Below are positions 36,041 to 42,989 of a DNA stretch of 44,556 nucleotides, piece after piece (the first letter of the stretch is position 1; every line of letters begins with the position of its first letter). The notes beneath the pieces are model-generated. The model was not told where the DNA came from and did no database searches. It worked only from the letters and a program-made list of their open reading frames with translations. A program made the position numbers and the translations under genes. The stretch lies in the IMG/VR virus record IMGVR_UViG_3300048861_000082, positions 1 through 44,556 of that record, one strand, 5' to 3'. This DNA is from a virus (Duplodnaviria > Caudoviricetes).

Positions 36041-36916
36041 ATGGAAATGAGAAACTGGATCAGGTCCGCCCGCAAGAAAGCCGACCTAACACAAGAGCAG
36101 CTCGGCGAAAAGCTCGGTGTGACCAAAGGAAACGTGTCTGCTTGGGAAAACGGCAGGCACGAGCCGAGCTATGCTCAGATCCAAGAGATTTCGGTAGTCA
36201 CGAAGTGCCCGATGCCGGACTCTCAGCCAAGCATCGGCAGCACCAGCGCACTGGATAGCAAGGATGTCGCGGAGCGCGTGCAGGAGATGCTCACGGAAAC
36301 GGGCATGGATGCCAGCGCCTTTGCAGAAAAGGCCGCGGTCCCGCTTGAGAGGGTGGAGTCGTGGCTAAAAGGCGCGGCAATCAGCGTTGAGGACGCTGTG
36401 GCTATCCAAACCGCTTTTGGCTACAACAGCGCCTGGGTGCTGGCCCGAGTGGGTCAAAAAAAGGCCGCTATCCAGTACAACGATGAATTCCGCCCCAAAG
36501 GCCTCGGGAAGCGGAAGCGACTAGCGGTGGTAGGAATGGCGCAACTTGGCGACAACGGATTCTGGGCCGACATCGAATACCCGGTCGGCCACGGCGATGG
36601 CTATATTGACTGGCCAACGTCCGACCCTGATGCGTATGCGATCGAATGCTCCGGCGACTCGATGAGGCCGCGGATCAAGCATGGTGAATTCGTAATCATC
36701 GAACCTAATCACCCGATTCAGCCGGGCGAGGAGGTCATCGTCAAGTCCAAGGATGGTCGAGTAATGGTGAAGGAGCTGGCCTACAAGACCGGTGGCCGCT
36801 ACACGCTTCTATCCATCAATGAGGCGCATGGCAAGGTCGTTCTACATGAGGATGAGATCGACAAAATGCATTACGTGGCCGGTATCGCTAAAAAGTCGAT
36901 GTGGCGCCCTGACTGA
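36041..36916 (+). CDS. cI: CI-like repressor (HTH plus S24 peptidase)
   Basis: IRSARKKADLTQEQLGEKLGVTKGNVSAWENG HTH; GDSM and VKEL S24 catalytic motifs. Confidence 0.93.
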   Translation: MEMRNWIRSARKKADLTQEQLGEKLGVTKGNVSAWENGRHEPSYAQIQEISVVTKCPMPDSQPSIGSTSALDSKDVAERVQEMLTETGMDASAFAEKAAVPLERVESWLKGAAISVEDAVAIQTAFGYNSAWVLARVGQKKAAIQYNDEFRPKGLGKRKRLAVVGMAQLGDNGFWADIEYPVGHGDGYIDWPTSDPDAYAIECSGDSMRPRIKHGEFVIIEPNHPIQPGEEVIVKSKDGRVMVKELAYKTGGRYTLLSINEAHGKVVLHEDEIDKMHYVAGIAKKSMWRPD

Positions 36917-36966
36917 TGCTATGTGGGTACCACCACACTTGTTGCTCGGGCCCTAAAGTGCAGGGC

Positions 36967-36996
36967 TTGAACTTCCGATAACTGCATTTATATACT
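36967..36996 (+). promoter_or_regulatory. sigma70-like promoter of the TA-like cassette
   Basis: TTGAAC-18 nt-TATACT, 10 nt upstream of the GTG at 37007. Confidence 0.5.
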
Positions 36997-37006
36997 GCGT
37001 GATATA

Positions 37007-37447
37007 GTGCCAGCACTTTTCGACGGAGAGCACATTGCGGCCGACATGGCCCTCATTCGCAGAGAATGGGGGCAGCGCGATCGTGACAGAATTGACGTTT
37101 TTCTGAATGAGCTTGGTTCACGAGAAGATGCCATGTGGGCGCTCGCGCAGCGCCGCCAGGACAGAAACTTTGACCGACCGTTCTTCAACTCGTGCGCGAT
37201 TGAATGGATGCTGGAGGACGGTTATAACATGTACCGGATGCGGCCAACCGTTGCCGCACCCGCTTATCGGATGTTGTATGCGTTCGATGCAGAGGTCGAT
37301 GAATTCCACGTTCTAGCAATAGTCCGTAAGTTGCCTCGCTCCTCCCCCGACTACGACAGACGTATCCATTACGACTATGAGCGCGATCACCATATCAGCG
37401 TACGAGTACTCGCCGAGTACGACCAAATCGGGATCCCCCTCGTTTGA
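37007..37447 (+). CDS. RelE/HigB-like toxin candidate
   Basis: GYNMYRMR...YRMLYAFD....FHVLAIV pattern; upstream of an XRE HTH gene. Confidence 0.6.
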   Translation: MPALFDGEHIAADMALIRREWGQRDRDRIDVFLNELGSREDAMWALAQRRQDRNFDRPFFNSCAIEWMLEDGYNMYRMRPTVAAPAYRMLYAFDAEVDEFHVLAIVRKLPRSSPDYDRRIHYDYERDHHISVRVLAEYDQIGIPLV

Positions 37448-37886
37448 CGCTAGTGGGGCGACTCCCGCCAGCGCCCCCTCCTTAAAAGTCGCGGCTCACG
37501 CCGGACCGCAAGGAGAGCGGCGCTCGGCCCGAACCGGAAGGTTGCCGCGGGCTGCCTACAGTGCCATGCAGGAACAAGCGCACGAGGCCTATGGCACTCG
37601 AATGGCCGAAGTCCGTCGTGAGCTCGCGGACGAACTATTTGCCCAGGACCAAAACTGCGTCGCAAGACTCCGGATGAGAGCGGGCTTGTCGCAGCATAAA
37701 TTGGCCCGAGCGGCACAGATTACTCAGCCCCATCTAGCGAAGATCGAGGGTGGCAAACTGTCAATTCAACTCAGCACAGCGGTTGCCATTGCCGACGCGT
37801 TGGGCGTCAGCCTGGACGAACTTAGGCCACTTGTGAAAATCGAGAAGGCGTCAACGGCCTCGACGATGATCGTGGGCACCCTATGA
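37377..37886 (+). CDS. XRE HTH antitoxin (HigA-like); start uncertain
   Basis: LRMRAGLSQHKLARAAQITQPHLAKIEGG...IADALGV. Confidence 0.8.
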   Translation: MSAITISAYEYSPSTTKSGSPSFDASGATPASAPSLKVAAHAGPQGERRSARTGRLPRAAYSAMQEQAHEAYGTRMAEVRRELADELFAQDQNCVARLRMRAGLSQHKLARAAQITQPHLAKIEGGKLSIQLSTAVAIADALGVSLDELRPLVKIEKASTASTMIVGTL

Positions 37887-38326
37887 GCGGCAAAAAGTTT
37901 GCCTATTCGCAATTTTGCGACGATCTGCGCTTCGAGGTCGGCAATAAAATCTCCCTCATGGGTATCTATACGGGTCAGATGTTCGTCGAGCAGGTTCCGA
38001 TCACGCTGCCGAAGCTCTGCGTGACGGTCACGCTCGTCGTTCCTAAAAATCATGCGTCCGTGCCCCTTGCCGCGAAGCTCTTTTATCAGGGAGACGTGGT
38101 CGGGTCGCAGCAGATTGCCTCTGACATGCTCGAGCAGATCAAGGGGCAATTCACTACGGACCCGAGGGAAGATCGCCCGGAGAATATTGCCGTAACATTC
38201 AACTTTCTTCTCACTCCCTTCAACATCGGGTCCACTACACCGCTGAGCGCAGTAGCGTATTTCGGCGATGAAGAATGGCCTGCGGGGCGCCTTGACATAC
38301 GGCTCGGCGATCCTCCAATAACGTAG
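37883..38326 (+). CDS. DUF6941-like protein, third gene of the cassette
   Basis: FCDDLRFEVGNKISLMGIY...LPKLC pattern; ATGA-coupled to the HTH gene. Confidence 0.6.
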   Translation: MSGKKFAYSQFCDDLRFEVGNKISLMGIYTGQMFVEQVPITLPKLCVTVTLVVPKNHASVPLAAKLFYQGDVVGSQQIASDMLEQIKGQFTTDPREDRPENIAVTFNFLLTPFNIGSTTPLSAVAYFGDEEWPAGRLDIRLGDPPIT

Positions 38327-38348
38327 GAGCATGTTCCTTCGTCAAGAT

Positions 38349-38372
38349 AGCCCGCTCTAAGCGGGCTTTTTT
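38349..38372 (+). terminator. Intrinsic terminator (timm-like)
   Basis: AGCCCGC-tctaa-GCGGGCT-TTTTT. Confidence 0.8.
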
Positions 38373-38400
38373 GTCTGTTACAAATTCCCTCGGGTTTCTT

Positions 38401-38442
38401 GTCTATATTTTCTTGACTTCTATTGTCTAGTTTTTCTATACT
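38401..38442 (+). promoter_or_regulatory. pL promoter with two OL operators
   Basis: TTGACT(38413)-18-TATACT(38437); operators GTCTATATTTTCTTGAC (38401) and GTCTAGTTTTTCTATAC (38425) match the OR consensus. Confidence 0.8.
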
Positions 38443-38563
38443 ATCTCTCAAGCGCTGGATGACAGCGCGGACGTGCGAAGTGCCCTAAGCGGTGGAGATT
38501 GATCAGATCAGTCTCCAGTACTTAGGGCGCATCTCACACACCACCAGAGCACCGGAGTGAGAG

Positions 38564-38740
38564 ATGAACGTCAGAAAAGCCATGCATCGTGCTGCAACTA
38601 AAAGCCTCGACGGCCATTGCCGGTTCGTCGCGCAGCTCGGCCGAACCGTCGTAGTCCTCGCCCTCTCTGATCTGGCCCATTGTCCGAAGGCGCGTATTCA
38701 GGTTGCCTTCGCTCGCGGCAAAGAAGTCTTGCCGCGGTGA
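38564..38740 (+). CDS. Small basic protein, first gene of pL operon
   Basis: Not in ORF track; GGAG RBS; MNVRKAMHRAATKSLDGHCRFVAQLGRTVVVL... Confidence 0.55.
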   Translation: MNVRKAMHRAATKSLDGHCRFVAQLGRTVVVLALSDLAHCPKARIQVAFARGKEVLPR

Positions 38741-38831
38741 CGGGAGATATTGAGATGCAGACCAATCAGCCTCAACACACTGAAAAGACACGGCCGCTCG
38801 ACGAGCTCGCTTACTTCACGCGAGGCGAAAA

Positions 38832-38996
38832 GTGAACCGAATCGCTTGCGATAACGCCCTGCTTCACGCATGCGACCGCACGCACAGCCGCATGGCTCGC
38901 GCATGCGGCATGGCTCTCGCCTACGGCGCGGCAATCGGCTGTGTCTGGTTCCTGTGCTCGGCATACCGCGCCGGGGTGCTGACATGGCCGATCTGA
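38832..38996 (+). CDS. Small membrane protein
   Basis: GTG start; MNRIACDNALL...ALAYGAAIGCVWFLCSAY. Confidence 0.45.
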   Translation: MNRIACDNALLHACDRTHSRMARACGMALAYGAAIGCVWFLCSAYRAGVLTWPI

Positions 38997-39112
38997 AATT
39001 CTGCCTGCGCATGTGTGCCGCCTTCGTCGTGATCGTCCTGATTCTGGGCGCTGCTCAGAAGTGGGATGACGCTGAAACCGAACACGTCCGCGTTTCGATG
39101 CGTAACACCTGA
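38984..39112 (+). CDS. Small membrane protein
   Basis: MADLKFCLRMCAAFVVIVLILGAAQKWD. Confidence 0.45.
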   Translation: MADLKFCLRMCAAFVVIVLILGAAQKWDDAETEHVRVSMRNT

Positions 39113-39129
39113 TCCCGTAAAGGCTCACC

Positions 39130-39309
39130 ATGGTCTCGAACATCATTCTGTGTTTAGCAGTCCTGTGTTTGCTGTTGGCCTGTACGGCGATTCGCATGGG
39201 GCAGGCAGCGAAGAAGGCAGATGCAGCAGATCCGTTCCTGCCGCGCACGCCGCGCGAGCGTGAGTTCGAACACGAATGCGATGCGCACTATCCGCGCGTC
39301 GGCGATTAA
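39130..39309 (+). CDS. Small membrane/secreted protein
   Basis: Not in ORF track; MVSNIILCLAVLCLLLACTAIRMG...; AAGG RBS. Confidence 0.45.
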   Translation: MVSNIILCLAVLCLLLACTAIRMGQAAKKADAADPFLPRTPREREFEHECDAHYPRVGD

Positions 39310-39382
39310 CTCTCGGTCCGGCGGCCCCCAAGCCGCGGCTTTCGTGGGCGCTGTATCGGCCCATCTTTTTTAAAGGATTGTC

Positions 39383-39748
39383 ATGCAACAGCTTCAGATT
39401 CCCCCGCTCGCCGAAGGCGAAATCTACCTCGGTGGCTTCGTGAATGCAAATGGCGATGTCACGCACACCATCCTGCTGCCCGGCGACAACGACGACGCGT
39501 CCTGGCACGCTCAGATGGATTGGGCGAAAAGCATCGGCGGCGACCTGCCGACGCGCGCCGAACTCGTGATCGCCTACGAGCAGCATCGCGACCAGTTCAA
39601 GAAGGTTGCCTACTGGTCCAACACACCCGACAGCGACCCCGGCTATTCCGGCTGGGCCTGGTATCAGTACTGCAACGACGGCAGTCAGAGCTACCACCAC
39701 CAGAGCGACGAGTTCCGCGCCCGCGCCGTCCGCAGATTGTCCATTTAA
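39383..39748 (+). CDS. DGR target protein 1 (DUF1566 / C-type lectin-like fold)
   Basis: W...MDWA...GGDLPTRAEL...YWS...AW...RARAVRR; 3' end is VR1. Confidence 0.9.
   Translation: MQQLQIPPLAEGEIYLGGFVNANGDVTHTILLPGDNDDASWHAQMDWAKSIGGDLPTRAELVIAYEQHRDQFKKVAYWSNTPDSDPGYSGWAWYQYCNDGSQSYHHQSDEFRARAVRRLSI
39647..39737 (+). repeat. DGR variable repeat VR1
   Basis: 91-nt ungapped match to TR with 8 differences, 7 at TR adenines. Confidence 0.95.
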
Positions 39749-39778
39749 CCCTTTGCCCATTTACAGCGGAGCATCGTA

Positions 39779-40243
39779 ATGACCATCACGCTTGAAGCCA
39801 TCGAGGCCGAACAGTCCCGCATCAGCGAATTGATCGCCGAGTTCAGGAAGCAGCCGCGTGCAACGGAATTCCGCATTCCGGCCGTGACGATTCCGCTGGC
39901 GCCGGGTGAGCGCTACGCCGGCGCCGTGCTCGGCGAAGACGGCTCGCCGGCGCTCCACCTGATCCTGCTGCCGGGCGACGTGGGCGATGTCTCGTGGTCG
40001 GCTGCGAAGGAATGGGCCGCCGAGAAAGGTGGAGAACTTCCCACGCGCCGCGAGCAGTCGCTGCTTTTCGCGAACCTGAAGGGCGAGTTCGAAGAGCGCG
40101 CTTACTGGTCCGCTGAGGCGCATGAATCGGAGTCCGGCTGGGCCTGGTTTCAGCTCTTCACCCGCGGCCTTCAGTACCGCTTCCGCCAGGGCTACGAGTT
40201 CCGCGCCCGCGCCGTCCGCAGATTTATCCCTTCAGTAATTTGA
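39779..40243 (+). CDS. DGR target protein 2 (DUF1566 / C-type lectin-like, N-terminal coiled coil)
   Basis: Paralog of target 1 (ILLPGD, GG.LPTR.E, AYWS); 3' end is VR2. Confidence 0.9.
   Translation: MTITLEAIEAEQSRISELIAEFRKQPRATEFRIPAVTIPLAPGERYAGAVLGEDGSPALHLILLPGDVGDVSWSAAKEWAAEKGGELPTRREQSLLFANLKGEFEERAYWSAEAHESESGWAWFQLFTRGLQYRFRQGYEFRARAVRRFIPSVI
40133..40223 (+). repeat. DGR variable repeat VR2
   Basis: 91-nt ungapped match to TR with 17 differences, 16 at TR adenines. Confidence 0.95.
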
Positions 40244-40257
40244 TCATTTAAACCATC

Positions 40258-40632
40258 GTGGCCCTGCACACCCAACTTCCGATTTATCGAGCGGCCTATT
40301 CGCTGCTCGATAGCGTCACCGACATGGTCAAAAACATGCCGCGCGACTTCAAGCGTTCCATCGGCGAGAAGATCAGTGCGGAATGCATCGAGATCATGGT
40401 GCTGGTGTTTCGCGCAAACGTCGCCGTCGACAAGTCTCTGCACCTGACCGAGCTGCTCGAACGCCTTCAGGTGATCGAGTTGCTTTTACGCCTCGGTATG
40501 GATAAGCGGCTCATCTCGCGCGCTGCGTATGCCGGGTCCGTCGAGCAAACGACCAGCATCGGGAAGCAGGCCAACGGGTGGAAGAACGCCGCACATCGCC
40601 CGCTTCGTGGAGGTCAAGGCCGCCATGACTGA
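40258..40632 (+). CDS. avd: DGR accessory variability determinant (four-helix bundle)
   Basis: LPIYR..Y.L......MPRDFK..IGEKI...LLRL..D...IS...IGKQANGW pattern; sits between targets and TR. Confidence 0.88.
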   Translation: MALHTQLPIYRAAYSLLDSVTDMVKNMPRDFKRSIGEKISAECIEIMVLVFRANVAVDKSLHLTELLERLQVIELLLRLGMDKRLISRAAYAGSVEQTTSIGKQANGWKNAAHRPLRGGQGRHD

Positions 40633-41962
40633 GCGATCAATCAATCTGGTCGTGCCGCTGGCTCACGAGGCCACCGCCATGCGCATCGCAGATACCGGCC
40701 GCCAGCGTGCGGCACGGTCTGGCGCAGTTTCCCAACTGAGCAATCGGTCGGGCGACGTAGATAGCACGATATTTCCGGCTGGGCCTGGTATCAGAACTTC
40801 AACAACGGCAATCAGAACTACAACCACCAGAACAACGAGTTCCGCGCCCGCGCCGTCCGCAGATCGAGACACGCTTTCGTTCGCCGAGCTGGTCGATGCC
40901 TATCTCGACTGCCGGCGCACGAAGCGCAACAGCAATGCAGCACTCGCGTTCGAACTTCGCCTGGAACGCAACCTGCGCCGGCTCTACGACGAGTTGGTAG
41001 CAGGGACATACACACCGGGCCGTTCGAAGTGCTTTGTCATCACGCGGCCGAAGCACCGCGAGGTATGGGCGTCGGCGTTCCGCGATCGTATCGTGCACCA
41101 CCTGATTTACAACCGGATCGGCCCGCGCTTCGAGCGCTCGTTCATCGCGGACTCATGCGCATGCATCCCGGGCCGCGGCACGCTGTACGCCGCGCGACGC
41201 CTAGAAGCGAAGCTGCGCTCGATCACGCAGAACTGGGAACGCCCGGCGTACTACCTGAAGTGCGACCTCGCCAACTTCTTCGTGAGCATCGACAAGCAAA
41301 TCGTGCTGGACCTGCTGCTTGTGAAGATCCGCGAGCCGTTCTGGGCCGAGTTGACCGAGCTCGTGCTGATGCACGATCCGCGCACCGACTTCGAATTCCT
41401 GGGTGATCGGGCTTCGCTCGACCGCGTTCCGCAGCACAAGCGGTTGATGGAGCAGACCGCGAACCGCGGCTTGCCGATCGGCAACCTGTCGAGCCAGTTC
41501 TTTGCGAACGTCTATCTCGATGTGCTCGACCAACGCGCGAAGCACCACCTCGGCGCCCGGCACTACGTCCGGTACGTGGACGATTTCGTCTTTCTGCATG
41601 AGTCGCCGAATTGGCTGAACGCGGTGCTGGCCGACGTCGGTGCGTTTCTGCCGGCGCGCCTGGGCGTTCAGCTCAATCCGAAGAAAACGATCCTGCAGCC
41701 GATTGCACGAGGCGTCGACTTCGTCGGGCAAGTGATCAAGCCATGGAGCCGCACGACGCGGCGCCGCACGGTCAACGAGGCTGTTCGCCGTGTCGGCAAG
41801 GTTGATCCGGCCGATTTCCTTTCAGTGTCGAACAGCTATTTCGGGCTGCTGGGTCAAGCACCGAGCAGCCACCACGACCGCGCGGCCCTCGCCAATGCAG
41901 TGCGCCGGCGCGGCCACGTCGTCAATCGCGACCTGACCAAAACATATCGGGGCAGCAAATGA
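40625..41962 (+). CDS. DGR reverse transcriptase (start uncertain; RT core begins near 40875)
   Basis: FRDRIVHH, YYLKCDLANFF.SI, GLPIGNLSSQFFAN (DGR-type GxxxSQ), YVRYVDDF, GVDFVG motifs. Confidence 0.95.
   Translation: MTERSINLVVPLAHEATAMRIADTGRQRAARSGAVSQLSNRSGDVDSTIFPAGPGIRTSTTAIRTTTTRTTSSAPAPSADRDTLSFAELVDAYLDCRRTKRNSNAALAFELRLERNLRRLYDELVAGTYTPGRSKCFVITRPKHREVWASAFRDRIVHHLIYNRIGPRFERSFIADSCACIPGRGTLYAARRLEAKLRSITQNWERPAYYLKCDLANFFVSIDKQIVLDLLLVKIREPFWAELTELVLMHDPRTDFEFLGDRASLDRVPQHKRLMEQTANRGLPIGNLSSQFFANVYLDVLDQRAKHHLGARHYVRYVDDFVFLHESPNWLNAVLADVGAFLPARLGVQLNPKKTILQPIARGVDFVGQVIKPWSRTTRRRTVNEAVRRVGKVDPADFLSVSNSYFGLLGQAPSSHHDRAALANAVRRRGHVVNRDLTKTYRGSK
40774..40864 (+). ncRNA. DGR template repeat (TR)
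   Basis: TCCGGCTGGGCCTGGTATCAGAACTTCAACAACGGCAATCAGAACTACAACCACCAGAACAACGAGTTCCGCGCCCGCGCCGTCCGCAGAT, AAC-rich master copy of both VRs. Confidence 0.95.
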
Positions 41963-42585
41963 CTATCAAAGAACGTCCGATCCTCTTCAGCGGCCCGATG
42001 GTGCGCGCTCTGCTCGACGGCAGCAAGACGCAGACGCGGCGCGTCGTGAAGCCGCAGCCAGTCGAGCAAACCGGCTGGGTCGGCGGTGCGTATTGGGAGC
42101 GTCGTCCGGCACGCGGCATCCTGCCGTCCGATAAATGGTGCATCCGAGACATGCTGCAGTTCTGCCCTTACGGCCAACCCGGCGACCGTCTGTGGGTGCG
42201 CGAGACGTGGCGCGGCGTTGTCGACATCAATCCGCCGGGCAAGTCGATGGAGCTCGGTGTCGCCCGATATGTGCCGGATCAGGAGTATTGCCGCCGCGTC
42301 GAGTACCAGGCGACGCAGGAGCGCGATAGCGAGCCGTGGCGCCCTTCCATTCACATGCCGCGCTGGGCGTCGCGCATCACGCTCGAAGTCACTGGCGTGC
42401 GGGTCGAGCGCTTGCAGGCAATCAGCCGCGGCGATGCCACGGACGAAGGTTGTCCGTTCCCCAACATGGCGGCCGGCGACGACCCGCGTCACTGGTTCTC
42501 GGGCCTGTGGTCACAGATCAACGGCGCCGAGTCGTGGGCCGCGAACCCTTGGGTCTGGGTCGTCGAGTTCAAGCGAGTCACCTGA
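41959..42585 (+). CDS. Conserved phage protein, ASCH/PUA-like
   Basis: ERPILFSGPMVRALLDGSKTQTRR, CPYGQPGDRLWVRETW, PSIHMPRWASRI, NPWVWVVEF. Confidence 0.75.
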   Translation: MTIKERPILFSGPMVRALLDGSKTQTRRVVKPQPVEQTGWVGGAYWERRPARGILPSDKWCIRDMLQFCPYGQPGDRLWVRETWRGVVDINPPGKSMELGVARYVPDQEYCRRVEYQATQERDSEPWRPSIHMPRWASRITLEVTGVRVERLQAISRGDATDEGCPFPNMAAGDDPRHWFSGLWSQINGAESWAANPWVWVVEFKRVT

Positions 42586-42681
42586 ATGTCCGGTCTCGAA
42601 TGGTTCGCTCTCTCCGTATTGGGAGCGGTAGCAGTGGGTGTGCTTCTAGGCATCGTCACCGCGCGGATAAAGCGCAAGTAG
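42586..42681 (+). CDS. Tiny single-TM peptide (31 aa)
   Basis: MSGLEWFALSVLGAVAVGVLLGIVTARIKRK starts right after the upstream stop. Confidence 0.35.
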   Translation: MSGLEWFALSVLGAVAVGVLLGIVTARIKRK

Positions 42682-42753
42682 ACACACTGTATCTGCCAAA
42701 CGAATATCCGGCGTTTATGCGCCACACGAATAAACCCTTCTATTGAGGCGAGC

Positions 42754-42966
42754 ATGAGCGCGAATCTGGAAATGTGGCTGTCGCCGCTAACGCATCGGAT
42801 CTATGTCGGCCGTTCGAAAAATGGCGTAGCGACGAGCAAGCAGGACGTGACCGCGCAGTGCATCAACGGTGCGGTCGCCCACCTGCTGGCGATCGGTGAT
42901 ACGGAAATCATCGTCAACCTGGATGAGGGCCGCTTCCGCGTGAAGATCACGCCCGAAGCCGCCTGA
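42754..42966 (+). CDS. Hypothetical phage protein
   Basis: SPLTHRIYVGR...KQDVT; GAGG RBS. Confidence 0.65.
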   Translation: MSANLEMWLSPLTHRIYVGRSKNGVATSKQDVTAQCINGAVAHLLAIGDTEIIVNLDEGRFRVKITPEAA

Positions 42967-42989
42967 CCCACCACGTTACCGGCATAGAC

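Larger units (their letters stand above)
39383..41962 (+). mobile_element. Diversity-generating retroelement (target1-target2-avd-TR-RT)
   Basis: TR/VR pairs with adenine-specific mismatches, Avd-like gene and DGR-type RT. Confidence 0.97.

Noticed and set aside
40529-40624. ORF-track start of RT at 40529
   Set aside because: Lies about 100 nt inside avd with no RBS; the ATG at 40625 overlapping the avd end is more plausible
40529-41962. RT as a group II intron, retron or Abi RT
   Set aside because: No maturase or endonuclease extension; GNLSSQ motif, adjacent avd and A-specific TR/VR pairs identify a DGR
42688-42703. Second LexA box (CTGTATCTGCCAAACG)
   Set aside because: Right half-site lacks ACAG
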